From Isurus oxyrinchus (taxonomy: Eukaryota): a stretch of 64,000 nt of DNA. The stretch covers positions 78,244,001 to 78,308,000 of the forward strand of contig JANJGN010000011.1 in the NCBI GenBank assembly GCA_026770705.1. The letters run 5' to 3'. The position numbers and the translations under genes are program-made. The notes beneath the pieces are model-generated. The model was not told where the DNA came from. It was given only the letters and a program-made list of their open reading frames with translations, and did no database searches. Of this stretch, positions 51,575-64,000 are shown piece after piece (position 1 is the stretch's first letter; every line of letters begins with the position of its first letter).

Positions 51575-52058
51575 AAAAACCAACCACCATATGCTTGGCA
51601 TAAGTGAGGAGTGAGACGGAATAGTCTCCAGTTGCCTGAACGAATGCAGCTCTGAGAACACTCAGGCAGCTGAACAATATTGAAGATAAAGCAGCCTGCT
51701 TAACTGACACCCTATCCAGAATCCTCAACATCCACCAAAGTAGAGTGACAGCAGTGTGTACCATGTACAAGATGCACTGCAAAAGTCACCAAGGCTCCTG
51801 GAGCAGCAACCTCCAACCCTGTGAGCTCTACCAGCTAGAAGGACAAGAGCAGCCGATGCATGGGAGCAGCAGCACCTGCACTTTGCCCTGCACTCCACCC
51901 TTCAGTGTGGCTAGGCGCAAACCCTACAGTTGCCTCGCTAATAGCACAGCACATGGACTGCAGGGGTTCAATAAGGCAGCATCCCACCACCTTGTCAAGG
52001 CCATTTCGGGATAGGCAAGAGAAATGCTGGCCTTGCCTGTGAAGCCCCGGTCCCATGA
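51575..52058 (+). mobile_element. Old CR1-group LINE 3' fragment
   Basis: Homologous to 33345-33865 (GCAGTGTGTACCAT.TACAAGATGCACTGC...AAATGCTGGCCTTGCC). Confidence 0.85.
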
Positions 52059-52378
52059 GACAAATACAAATGAGTAGTGAGGTGGGTTGGAAGGGTAGAA
52101 GGTTCACTTACCCTAGCGGCGTGAATAGATCGTTGACCCTTTTCCCAACCTGCAGGGCGATCCTCCTCTGCAACCCATGGGTGCTGACTGCCCTGACTAC
52201 CTCTTCCCAGGCCGCAGTGATCAGTTGGGATGGCCTCTTACAGCCATCCATGGGGAAGAAGACATCCCATCTTTCTTGAACTGCATCCAGGAAATGCACC
52301 AGGCATGCATCACTGCTGCCTTTGCCTACTCATCATTCTTCCTGCTAGTGAAGGCCTGTCCGACTGCCTTCTAAACAT

Positions 52379-54264
52379 TAAGACAAAAGCAAAAAACTGT
52401 GGATGCTGGAAATCCAAAGCAAAAACTAAAATACCTGGAAAAACTGAGCGGGTCTGACAGCATCTGCAGAGTGGAACACAGTTAACGTTTCAAGTCCGAA
52501 TGACCCTTCAACAGAACTAAGTAAAAGTAGAAGAGAGGTGAAACATAAGCTGGTTTAAGGGGGGTGGGGGGGGGGACAAGTAGAGCTGGATAGAGGGTCA
52601 GTGATGGGTGGAGATAACCAAAATATGTCATAGACAAAAGGACAAAGAGGTGTTGAAGGTGGTGATATTATCTAAGGAATGTGCTAATTAAGGGTAGAAA
52701 GCAGGACAAGCAAGGTACAGATAGCCCTAGTGTGGGTGGGGTGGGGTGAAGGAATCGAAAAAGGCTAAAAGGTAGAGATAAAACAATGGATGGAAATACA
52801 TTTAAAAATAATGGAAATAGGTGGGAAAAGAAAAATCTATATAAACTATTGGAAAAAAAAGGGGGGGGGTCAGAAAGGGGGTGGGGATGGAGGAGAGAGT
52901 TCATGATCTAAAATTGTTGAATTCAATATTCAGTCCGGAAGGCTGTAAGGTGCCTAGTCGGAGGATGAGGTAATGTTCCTCCAGTTTGCATTGAGCTTCA
53001 CTGGAACATTGCAGCAAGCCAAGGACAGACATGAGAGCATGAGAGCAGGGTGGAGTGTTGAAATAGCCAGCAACAGGAAGATCTGGGTAATGCCTGCGGA
53101 CAGACCAAAGGTGTTCTGCAAAGCGGTCACCCAGAATGCGTTTGGTCTCTCCAATCTAGAGGAAACCGCATTGGGAGCAACGAATGCAGTAGACTAAATT
53201 GAGGAAAGTGCAAGTGAAATGCTGCTTCACTTGAAAGGAGTGTTTGGGCCCTTGGACGGTGAGGAGAGGGGAAGTAAAGGGGCAGGTGTTGCATGGGAAG
53301 GTGCCGTGGGAGGGGGTTGAGGTGTAGGGGGTGATGGAGGAGTTGACCAGGGTGTCCCGGAGGGAACAATCCCTGCAGAATGCCGCTGGGTGGGTGAATG
53401 GAAGATGTGTTTAGTGGTGGCATCATGCTGGAGTTGGGGAAATGGCGGAGGATGATCCTTTGAATGCGGAGGCTGGTGGGGTGATAAGTGAGGGCAAGGG
53501 GGACCCTTTCATGAAACCAATGCATTTCCTCTACATTGGAAAGACAAAACGCAGTCTAGGTGACTGCTTTGCAGAACACCTGCAGTCTGACCACAAGCAT
53601 TACCCAGACCTCCCTGTTGCTGGCCATTTCAACACTCCACCCTGCTCTCATGCCCACATGTCTGTCCTTGGCCTGCTGCATTCTTCCAGTGAAGCTCAAT
53701 GCAAACTGGAGGAACAGCACCTCATCTTCCGACTAGGCACTTTACAGCCTTCCAGACTGAATACTGAGTTCAACAATTTTAGATCATGAACTCTCTCCTC
53801 CATCCCCACCCACTTTCCAACCCCCCCGTTTTTCCAATAATTATTATAGATTTTTCTTTTCCCACCTATTTCCATTATTTTTAAATGTATTTCCATCTAT
53901 TGTTTTATCTCTACTTTTTAGCCTTTTTCGATTCCTTCACCCCATCTCACCCCCATTAGGGCTATCTGTACATTGCTCGTCCTGCTTTCTACCCTTAATT
54001 AGCACATTCCTTAGATAATATCACCACCTTCAACACCTCTTTGTCCTTTTGTCTGTGACATTTTTTGGTTATCTCCACCTATCACTGGTCCTCTATCCAG
54101 CTCTACCCGTCCCACCCCGCTCCCCGCCCCCCTTATATTTCACCTCTCTTCTATTTTTACTTAGTCCTGTTGAAGGGTCATTCGGACTCGAAGCGTTAAC
54201 TGTGTTCCTCTCCGCAGATGCTGTCAGACCTGCTGAGTTTTTCCAGGTATTTTTGTTTTTGTTT
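52379..54264. mobile_element. Penelope insertion with inverted structure (tail-out arms of about 750 bp)
   Basis: 52379-53510 is a minus copy and 53511-54264 a plus copy of the GIY-YIG C-terminus plus pseudo-LTR. A 14-bp TSD TGCCTT(C/T)TAAA(C/T)AT lies at 52365-52378 and 54265-54278. Confidence 0.92.
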
Positions 54265-55002
54265 TGCCTTTTAAATATGGTGCCCAGACATGCACCCCAC
54301 TTCCTGTCCGTGCTGCCGTGAGGCTTGGTGTGGAACGCGCATGTGCATAACTAATGAGATGGGGAGCGGTTGGTTGCGTTTAAAAGCCCACCCGTTCCGG
54401 GAATCTCTTCGACTTTCTCATTTCACCATGGAACTTATGGCAGGACGCGAAGATTCTACGCATTATATTTGAAAATCAAATCTTTTGGGGAAATATTTTT
54501 GATAATTATTTAACTTTGCCCTGAATTATACTTTCACTGGGCTGCTAGACAATTCCACAGGAACTAGGCTACCATATCAACGGTCCTTACGGAGAAAGCA
54601 ACATATTCTCACAAACCCACTGAAGTCTTAGAGACTCCTACATCTCCATCCCAAACTGCCAGACAAGAGCCGATGCCAATTATTGCTATTGCTTCCCCTT
54701 CTTTGGCTTTTAAATGTCATAAGTTGACAGGCCTTCCAGCTTGGCAATATGTGCTATCTTCTTCTGTAGGAGGAATGCATAAATTTAATTGGATACTGTA
54801 ATCTCCAGATCCAACAATTATAATCTATCAGGATACTTGGAGTGGTTGGTACTAAGGGTAGGTGTAAAGTAGCAATGACCTAGAAAGGGAAACCACAGTG
54901 TGCTAGTGGCTATCACAGGATAGGAGACAATCGATAAATTCTATCATATGGTTTTGTTTCTGAAGCAGGAAACAGGGTGTCATGTGAAACCCAAAAGACA
55001 TT

Positions 55003-55715
55003 CATAGAATCTTGCAAAATCTTAGAGCACAGAAGGCACATTTGGCCAGTTGTATGTACACCAACTCTTTGAAAGATTATTCAATTAGTTTCATCACCCT
55101 GCTCTTTTCCCAGCGTCCAGCAATTTACTCCCCTTCAAGTACTTATCCAATTTCCTTTTGAAAGTTATTATTGAATCTGATTCTGCCACACTTTCAGCAG
55201 TGCACTCCAAATCATAACAATGCATTGCATTAAAAAATTGTCATCACATTTCTAGCTCTTTAAGCTAATTACTTTATAACTATGTTCTCTGGTTACTGAT
55301 CCTTCAATCACTGGAAACAGTTTCTTCTTATTCACTGTATCAAAATCCTTCATGATTTTGAACATCTCTGTTAGGCCTCCCCTTTACCTTAACAAAAACA
55401 AAAACAGAATTACCTTTACCTTCTCTGCTTTCAAGAGAACAATCCCAGCTTCTCTAATCTCTCCACGAAACTTAAGTCCCTTATCCGCAAATCCCCCCCA
55501 TGTATCCCCTCCAAGGCCTTGGTATCCTTTCTAAAGTGTGGTGTCCAGAATTGGATATAATATTCGATTTGAGGCCTAATCAGTAGTTTATAAAGATTTA
55601 GTATAACGTCCTTGCTTCAATACACCTTACCTCTATTTGCAAAGGCCAAGATACTGTACGCTCTTTCTTAACAACCTTATCAAATTGTCCTGCTACCTTC
55701 AAAGATTTGTGTATT
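55003..55715 (-). mobile_element. Old CR1 LINE 3' fragment
   Basis: CATAGAATC tail. The reverse complement encodes LIRPQIEYYIQFWTPHFRKD. Confidence 0.85.
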
Positions 55716-55821
55716 AAATATGTAATCCACATATTAGATTTTTCAGACCTTTACTTGAATCTTTTTTTTCTCCAATTTTCTTCCTGCTATTTACCTTCTC
55801 CCAAGCTGATGACTGATGATG

Positions 55822-56250
55822 GCCGTTGTTTTCCTTGGAGCAGAGAAGGCTGAGGGGGGACTTGATTGAGGTGTACAAATTATGAGGGACATAGATAGAG
55901 TTAGATAGGAATAAACTTTTCCTCTTAGTAGAGGGTCAATGACCAGAGGGCATAGATTTAAGGTAAGGGCAGAAGGTTTAGAGGGGATTTGAGGAAAAAC
56001 ATTTTCATCCAGATGTGGGGGGGGGGGGGGGGGGGGTCAGTATCTGGAACTCACTGCCAGAAAGGGTGGTAGAGGTGGGAACCCTCACAACATTTAAGAA
56101 GTATTTAGGTGAACATTTTAAATGCCATCGCATACAAGGCTACGGGAGAAGTGCTGGAAAATGGGATTAGAGTAGATATGGGCTTGATGACCAGCACAGA
56201 CACGATGGGCCAAATGGCCTCTTTCTGTGCTATAAACTCTATGACACTAT
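55822..56250 (+). mobile_element. CR1 LINE 3' fragment with an internal G20 run
   Basis: FSLEQRRLRGDLIEVYK and TRGHRFKV, with tail GGGCCAAATGGCCTCTTTCTGTGCTATAAACTCTATGAC. Confidence 0.92.
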
Positions 56251-57074
56251 GACTGTCATTGGGCCTCCTCTGCAACCTCAGTTCCATTTTAAATAAACAT
56301 TGACCATTAGGAAGTTCTGTTGAATTATCCCAAGAAAGTCAATCTAATGGTAGGTGTAAATTTCTAAAAGAAAACAATGATAAAGTTTGCGCAATTTGTC
56401 CTGGTAACTGAAACAATGCCACACCGAACCTTTTCTGCCTTTTCCTCTTCTGTTACTCACTGATATGAAAAAACATGCTGCCTTGCTACGAACAATGCCT
56501 GCAGCTAAACACAAATGTTGTTACTATAATTTTATTTAATAAATAATTTATTTCAGTGGGAGTAAGAAAAGAATCCACATAAAGCTAAAGCCTGTCCATA
56601 GACTACCAATGCCATCTGCTGGAAAGGTAAAACACATGGATGATATAAACTCATGGGATTGGTTTCATTTGAACAACCTCAATCTCATTGCTATGTGAAC
56701 ATTGTATCATTGCTATGTCTAGCCCAAGGTAGATTGCTAGGTTCTCTTATTAAATTATTTAACTAGTAGGAATTAAATACAGCGTAGCAGACATGGCTGA
56801 CATTATTCTGGTCAGATTACTGCTGATTAAATATGCAGCACCATGGTTTCTGCGGTATCCCATACCAATGTGGCTTTCGTCCACTGCCAATAAATCTCAG
56901 TCTAAGTGCCCTGACCTGAAGTTCCAGTGTCTGAGATACTGTTCTTCAGGTGATATGTCAAACTGAGGTGCTGTCTGCATTTAGGGTGCATATTACTGAA
57001 GGAAAACAGAGCTCTTTTCTGTGAACACTCCACTCTCAAAACAATACAATCAAAAAAAAAAAATTCACTGGCCA

Positions 57075-58860
57075 CACTTGAACATTGCTGCCACAGAAAG
57101 GCATTTGGCTGCCAAGCAACATCGCTCAATTGTCTCCTTTAGATGATATGTGTATTGTGTACTGACCCAAATAGCATGCATGATACTACATTTATCTGAA
57201 TGAGATGCCATTTGCCAATGTGTAACCCATTTTCCTAGTGCATCCAAACTTGTGCCCAACCCAAACAAGCGTAAGATGATGCGCAATGACATCAGGCAAG
57301 CATCCTGATGTCATCGTGCACTCGCACGATATATCGGTTGGCAGGCATGCGCAGGAGTCGCAGTGCGCCCACCAACAATTAACAGGCCTATTAATGCCAT
57401 TAAAGTACTATTTGAATTGAATTTTTCATTGTCTATCCAACCTTATGGTAGGAGGGCATACGAAAAGGCCAAGCCGCCTTTCGACTTTTTGCAAAACCTC
57501 ATCCACGGGCACAATAAGTTTTTGTTCAGTTGTTAAAAAAACTAAAGTTTTTCAACTAATTTCTAACATGTCCCTGCTCATGTGACAGAATCATATTTTT
57601 AAATTCTTTATTTTTATTGTTCAAAATCTTCATCTCCCCGAGGTGGCTCTGTGCCTCAGGGAGCTTTTCTTGCACGCATGTGTGAACTTGCACGCTCGCC
57701 CTTCTCGCCCCCCCATTTTCCTAGTCATCCAAACTTGTGCATTTGATTGCACTCTTATACTGCCTTAACCCTTGCACAGATTTTGGTGTCTTCTGTGAAC
57801 TTGCTTACCATACTCCCAATACTGTTATCCAGGTCATTGATAACAGCAATGGGCCTAGGACCAATACCATAGTCGACAACACTAGTAACATGTCTCCAAA
57901 CTGAACTACATCTACTAACTCCAACTTTTGGAGCCAATTCCTAATCTAGCATTTCAAATTTCTATTGATAACACAATATTTCATCTTATGAAGTAACATC
58001 AAATCAAATACCGTATTAAAAATTTTCTGAAAGTCTAGATAAACAATGTTGACTGGATTTCCTTCATCTATTACCCTATCTCTATCAAAATTGTGAGACA
58101 TTGCCTATTCTTCCAGTTGCCATTTTGTGGATTTTCCACTTCCCTTCCCTCTACCAGTGATCATAAAGGGCATCTCATAGGATCCCTTCAAACATCCTCT
58201 CAGTAATGGATGTCAGACTGATAGATGTTCCATAGGTCTGATTTGTACCCGTTTTTGAAAACAGGAATTTTATGAACTAGCTTCCAGTCCTGATTCTGGT
58301 GAACTATTAAGTAAATGGACAAGGGGCTCACTGAGACCTCATCCATTTCTTATATATTATCCAGATCTCGAGCCCTATGAATTTTGGGCTTTCCTAATCT
58401 ATCCAAAATTACATTTCTATCTATTTTAATATGAATGATGCTCCACAATATGAAGCATCTTTCATTTGAAGCATAAACAACATCTACAGGCATATGGGCC
58501 AATGTGAAATAGTCATTCAGCATCTCTGAGAATCAGTTTGAATCTGGCCTGCATTATTCTTCAGTGGTCCTAAAAGATTCTTTGTGGCCTTTTGACTTTT
58601 GATATAGGTTAAAAAAAAAGCTTTTGCTAGCAGTAACACAATTACACTCCAACTTCTTTTCCAAAGATCTCTTGGCTAATCTTAATCTTTTTGTCTTCTT
58701 TAATTACATGCAGTGCTTTTCCCTGTTCTCTTGTGAGTTAAATACTCTATGTATTTAACTATATAGGGTTAAATACCTATATTTAAGGTATTTAGAGTGT
58801 GTCGAGTGCCTCATATTCATCTCTACATTCCTTGTCAGCCATAATGATGTTGTTTTACCA
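57075..58860 (-). mobile_element. Ancient CR1-type LINE RT fragment
   Basis: INDLDNSIGSMVSKFTEDTKIC, YLDFQKIF, and KWVTHWQMASHSDKCSIMH. Confidence 0.8.
57256..57711. mobile_element. TIR-less Harbinger-MITE fragment flanked by a 29-30-bp direct repeat
   Basis: Homologous to 5285-5520 and, inverted, to about 8540-8670. The flanking duplication lies at 57226-57255 and 57712-57740. Confidence 0.8.
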
Positions 58861-59009
58861 TATGAAATTATAAGGAAAAGGTATGATGGGGCAAATTACT
58901 ATTTGTATAAATGCTACTTCAGTGTTAACGTCAGTGCCAACTAGAGAGAACCAGCTTTGCTTGCAACAGAGGCACAATAATAACAGTAGCAGGCAGTTGG
59001 TGACTGAAG

Positions 59010-59340
59010 CATACTATTTACTATGTGACAGTGGCTATTCACCTCATCAAAGATCAACTGCCTTCTGGTGTTAGCATTAAATATCACCTCGATGGAAAGC
59101 TCTTTAACCTTAGTCATCTCCATGCCAAAACTAAACTGACCACCATAGACATACATGATCTACTGTTTGCCAATGACTACAGTGTTCTTGCCCACTCCAC
59201 ACCAGATTTGCAATCACTCCTGATCTCTTCAATTTTGCTTATAAGAAACTCAGCCTGTCCTTGAATGTTACCAAAACAAAACTCATATATCAACTCACAC
59301 CTGGTCAGCCAAATATCCCACCTCCCATATATGTTCTCCT
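59010..59340 (+). mobile_element. RTE-clade LINE RT fragment
   Basis: GVSIKYHLDGKLFNLSHLHAKTK...DLLFANDYSVLAHSTPDLQSLL matches the RTE pattern DGxLFNLxRLxAKTK...LLFADD. Confidence 0.85.
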
Positions 59341-59784
59341 ACTCTTTCCATGCTTCTATGTGCAAGGGTGACCAGGGTGACCTCTTCCAAGTGAGTCAAG
59401 GGCTTAGGATTTTTGAACTTTCCTCCATGTTTGTCTTTTCTTTTGTATTTTATGACACCTTGGCAAACAAACAGAGAAATATACATGCTTAATTGTAAAT
59501 TGAATAAGCACATGCAGAACAGCAGATTTGCAGCACATTTTGGGTGTCAGTAAGTGGTCAAGTATCAAGCAATTAGGTTGTGTGACAATGACTTGATAAT
59601 GTGAAACCCTTGGCAGATGTTGATGTGACAAGGTTTTCAGTTGCAGCTTGAATATGTGCCCCTGCTGAATATATGAGATGTAATGAAGCAAATATAGACA
59701 ATAAACATGGAGCAAGCAACCCTTTGGAGGGATATAATCTTGGACCACTTACTTGACACATGGTACAGCTTGCTGAGCTAGTCT

Positions 59785-60000
59785 TACCTTGTACAGATTT
59801 CTTAGTGTGCTGTCTTCTCCCACATCAGTATTGAGCCTGGCTACCACTTCCTGCCATGTCAGATTCATTGCTGTACTCTGGGAAAGGTGTCCTGAGTGTC
59901 AAGCAGGACGACCTTCCTAGTGCTCACCTCATACAGCAGCACATCAATTTTCTTAGTGATAAACCAGAGTCGAATATAAGGCTGCTTCTCCACTTGCTCA
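59785..60000 (-). pseudogene. Old Myb/SANT-like (Harbinger accessory gene) exon remnant
   Basis: FITKKIDVLLYEVSTRKVVLL...TWQEVVARLN, ending at AAG|GTAAGA. Confidence 0.6.
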
Positions 60001-60042
60001 CAGGCTCAGTTTCATTCCTGAATATTGAGTTTGTTTTTCCTT

Positions 60043-60167
60043 GGCCAGGATTTTACGCCCCTCCCACCCGGTGGGATATTACAGTCCGGCCGAACTGAAT
60101 GGACATTTAAACGGCTCGGTGCATTGCTGGGGGTGACACATGGCGGTGGGGCCATAAAATCCTGTCC
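60043..60167. mobile_element. 125-bp Harbinger/Tourist-like MITE
   Basis: TIRs GGCCAGGATTTTACGCCC and GGGCCATAAAATCCTGTCC, with a 3-bp CTT on both flanks. Confidence 0.8.
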
Positions 60168-62681
60168 CTTGTCTTTTGCCTGACAATTTTTTCCCCTTAC
60201 ATAGCCTTTGAAAAGATTGTAAACATTTCTCCCTTTATAATGGCTCTATTTCTCCCTCACACCCAATTAGCCGCTCATTTTTAAATGAGTGCATTCCTTT
60301 AATTTTTTCCAGAGTCTGTTCAATATCTATGTATTCCATCCACGCTTGAAATATATTCCCTTTGCCTGCTCCAATTTGCAAAGGAAAAGTGATCAATGTA
60401 TTTAAATGAGATGATTTTGCATGAGTTGTTGAGGTCAGTTCTCTGTGCAACTTGGACACAATGCATTTGATGTCTTTCAGTCCTGCTGACACTGAGTTGG
60501 AATTGGATTATCAGTCTGAAGATATTAAATTCTGTTCACTATCAGTTATAAACTACCATGTGGTCCAATTTATTGACATATTGAGCATTTCAGACAGGTA
60601 TCTATTTTCTGAAATATACAAACTTTACTTCATTGCTGTAACGTCCTGAACTGACAAACACATTTTATTTTTTCATGACCCATCACACCAAGAGTCTAGC
60701 TCGTAACTCTTCAGTAATTTCATTTTGCCTTGAGACAGGTTACAGCCAATTTATCTCAGGTTTATGAACTTGCTGTACATAGGCTGTATTTATTTCCATA
60801 AAATTACAAACAAGCTTCCCCCTCTATTTTCCATAATCATATGAATATTTCACTGAAACAAAAACTAAACTTCTTTTTATATGTTATAATCTCCATGAGG
60901 GTACTTGGGGGACCCACACATTTAAGCTTGGCAGGAGCTGCGTGGATGGGAGGTAAACCATTTAGGTCTCTACGGCATGCAGCCTAAGAGATTTTAGTTC
61001 CTGAGCCTTGGCCATCGGTCTCCTGCCCAAGCTGGGTCAGAAACCTGGCTGGCTGGAAGTCAAGCGCAGGAGTTTAGATAGCAGGAGAATGGTCTCAAGC
61101 AATCAGTTAAGTGCATCGGTCAGTGGGTTGAACGGATGTTGTGGTCTTGTGTGTGGCAGGAAGGGGGCGAGTAGTGGGTAATTTCTTGAGTAGATGAGGA
61201 TCAAGGTTTTTTTTGTGGGTCCTTGTCCTCCTGCCCCATAACAAAACCAAAGAAAGAAAAAATAACTTAGCTTCCTGCAGGGTCCCTTCTGGCCACAGCT
61301 CCTCATCTCCTGGTTGGCCGAGGTGCACAAAAACTTCATGGCTTTCCCCACATGGGTTTCAAGTGAAAAATTGTCAGGCCCCATTGTCTTCCAGAAGGTA
61401 TTCGTCAGGCCTGTTAAAAACAGAAGATTAAAATGACATCCCATGAGAACGCAGCAGCAGAAAGCGTAGGGATAAGTCACTGCCCAAGTGGGTCCCACAG
61501 AACAGGCTGGATTTGGAATCGCTCTGAAGGTAAAATTCTATTCATTACATATTTCACAAATCTAACTTTTACTATGTTTTTGGTGAAGAGTAATAGCTTT
61601 GGGCTGGGACTGAGCTTGTAAAACCTTCCAAATATCTAGCTATCCATACGATTCTGTCTTCGCCATTCTCTGCAAGAGGATACTTATTCCTATTAGGAAC
61701 TTCCATTCCCAGAATTTGTAGTGTAAAAATGAATGGCTTGAATATTTACTGGGGTGGGTTACATAGGCAGAGCCGGGGTGGGGGGGGAACAGCGGTTGGT
61801 GTGAGCAGTGGTAACAGGCTTTCAGATAGGGTATGCCGTGGAGTTTTAAATCATGTGACTTGGGATTTTTAATTTATATAATTTATAACTCAAAATAACT
61901 CTTGTGGAAACCAGAGGATCCATAAGCATTGATAATGCAAATTCAGTTGCATAAAATAGTCTGAATACACAGTTAATTCTTTGTGTTTAGTGTGAAATCA
62001 TGTGCAATGCAGCAATCAAACAACAGGGGACCATTGAAACACCAGCTGCCATAACCATGTTTAAAGCATTAAGCAGCCAGTTTAGCTTTAAAATATATCA
62101 ATTTACCTCAGCATATTATAGCTGTTTCCTAAGTAATCTTACTGCAGGAATAGGCATTGGAAGCCCTGTTTTGATGGTCAAGTGCTTGATGCATTGATCC
62201 AGGGAGTGAATGAAATGAGAGACGCAATCAATGGGGCAGAATGCCCCAACCCACAAATGTTGGTTCAACTGGTTTGGAGAGTAAAATTGCTGTGTGAGTG
62301 AGCATTGCTTTTTAAACTAAAGGAACAACAGACTAGAAGGATGTCAAGAAGATGGTAAAAGTGGAAAAGTCTACTCTCAGTAAGTTAGTAAGATTACCAC
62401 GCACAGTACACCATCTGCAATAAATAGATATGAAAGAAAGTCAGATCTGACATGTATCACATTCAGAGCTGCTTCTCCGTGAAAACCAAAACCATAGGCA
62501 TTAACCCGTCTACCGTAACAGCTGATTGACGTGAATGGGAAGAGTCTTGTGTAGATAAGATGCTTTTCTGGAATGAATAAGTATGTTAATATGCTGGGAT
62601 CCCACACAGCAAAAATTCCAAGAGGCCAATTAAACAGCAAATTCTTGGGACAGACCTTAAGAGGGTGATAACAATTTTCTT

Positions 62682-64000
62682 GGGCGGAATTATCTGCTCC
62701 TGTCAGCAACGGAAATTGTGATGGGCATGGGCACTTAATTTGAGGGGCAAAAAATTCTGTTTCCCAACAGCGGGATAAACTGTTAAAATTTTGTTCTCCT
62801 GACTTTCAAGGCTTGTCAAACTTCCCGACAAACAATATCGGGAACACTGTTTTCATGCATTAGAATCTCATACATGCTCATTAAAAGGCCACCTCGCCAG
62901 AATTAGGCTCCCATTCCAAGTTCATTTCCCCACCATCGAGAATTTAGAATGTTTAGTTTTACGGCTGGATGTAAGTGGCATTCACCTGGCAAGCTATATC
63001 TTTTTCACAACTTTGAGGTCTGTAGATGTTGCATTCTCCTTCTTCAAGACCTTGCATAACTTCACTCATATTGAGTGCTGTTAGCACGCACTGCACCAAG
63101 GCTGGACAAGGGAGGCAGGCAAAGGCTGGAAGGGGGTGGTAGGGTGGAAGGGTGGACTGAAGGCTGGACAGGGGAGGCATGCCTACGGAGAAGTTTGGGT
63201 GAGAATGTCTGGGTAAGGTGGGAGCGGGCGCAAGTGTCTTAGAGGGCAGGATCAGCGGTGTTGACAGTGGGATCCTGGGGGGGAAGCTCAGGGTACTGGT
63301 GATAGGAGGGAATTGTCAGAGTCAGTGGTAGGAGTGGGATGTGGTAGGCTGGCAGGTCCAGGGTGAGAGTCTGGTAAGTGAAGGTCTCATCGGGTGGGTC
63401 ATGGAGAGGGACAAGACAGGTGGCTCGGATAACAGGATAGGGCCAGGTCAGGGTGAGCATGGAGACGGTGACAGGTGTCAGTTCTGAGGGGAGGAAAGGC
63501 ATTTGGAGGTGTATTGTTATAGGGTGCAGGGTAATGGGGGAAGGTTCAAGGGTGACAGAAAGGAGAGGAATGATGATATTGGATGGTTCTATGGTGATGG
63601 GGGGAAGTTGGTGGGTGATAAGGGGAGGAAATAAGGTGATGGAGAAAGTTTGAAAGGTGACACACACCATTTTTCCAAACTAACCTTGACCACCCAGTTA
63701 GTCAGTCAGTAAAATCCCTCGAGGTGGGAGGAGGGTCTTTTCAGGTGGGTGGAGTTCAAGATCAGCACATGTGGCTGACTAAAGGGTCGTTCTAATAATT
63801 ATGTGGCAACTGGATGTCAACCATTCTCAGTTGTATCTCCTCTCTATGGTGAAGCCCACATTGCAGCAGGTTCGTGACTCATGGGTCTCATAACATCAGT
63901 ATCCCAGTAAGGTGTGGAGCTGCCATACATTCAGTGCCATTTGGCATCGGCTGCAGTCAGAGACAGGGGTGGAGGGAGGGAGGAAGGGATGGAGGCGGAT
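62682..64000. mobile_element. Harbinger-type element running off the window end
   Basis: Starts GGGCGGAATTATC and shares the subterminal motif CATGCTCATTAAAA with about 51030. The interior is purine-rich. Confidence 0.55.

Larger units (their letters stand above)
50809..54461 (-). mobile_element. Non-autonomous Harbinger with Myb/SANT exons, hosting a LINE tail and an inverted Penelope
   Basis: Ends GGGTGGGATTG and GAAGATTCTACGC. Exon 1 reads LDAVQERWDVFFPMDG...AWEEVVRAV...KRVNDL|GTAAGT (about 52110). Exon 2 reads EKVAHNRRER (about 51478). Confidence 0.78.

Noticed and set aside
56017-56036. G20 run as a functional G-quadruplex
   Set aside because: It is an expansion of a short G-rich spot in a CR1 copy, and homopolymer length is unreliable in assemblies.

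Overview
Eukaryotic, non-genic, repeat-saturated DNA. The mix of CR1 LINEs, Neptune-like Penelope elements, two-gene Harbinger transposons, Tx1, a Deu-domain SINE and Gmr1-like Gypsy elements points to a cartilaginous fish (shark-like) genome; this is an inference. I recognised no intact host gene, rRNA, tRNA gene or CRISPR array. Most ORF-track entries are broken transposon frames or chance ORFs. The most notable feature is a degraded minus-strand endogenous retrovirus-like element (about 38583-44560, possibly to 48426). It has a 3' LTR, a polypurine tract, an integrase C-terminal half and a roughly 600-codon env-like glycoprotein that looks F-protein/lokiretrovirus-like rather than gamma-type. 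It is split by nested Penelope and Harbinger insertions. Other points of interest are a single-ORF CR1-group LINE with a tRNA-like head plus its SINE-like derivatives, Penelope hammerhead ribozymes with a shared non-canonical CUGUUGA core, an extended tRNA-Pro PBS, and a 30-bp duplication flanking a transposon fragment. All boundaries and translations were read by eye and are approximate; no searches were run.
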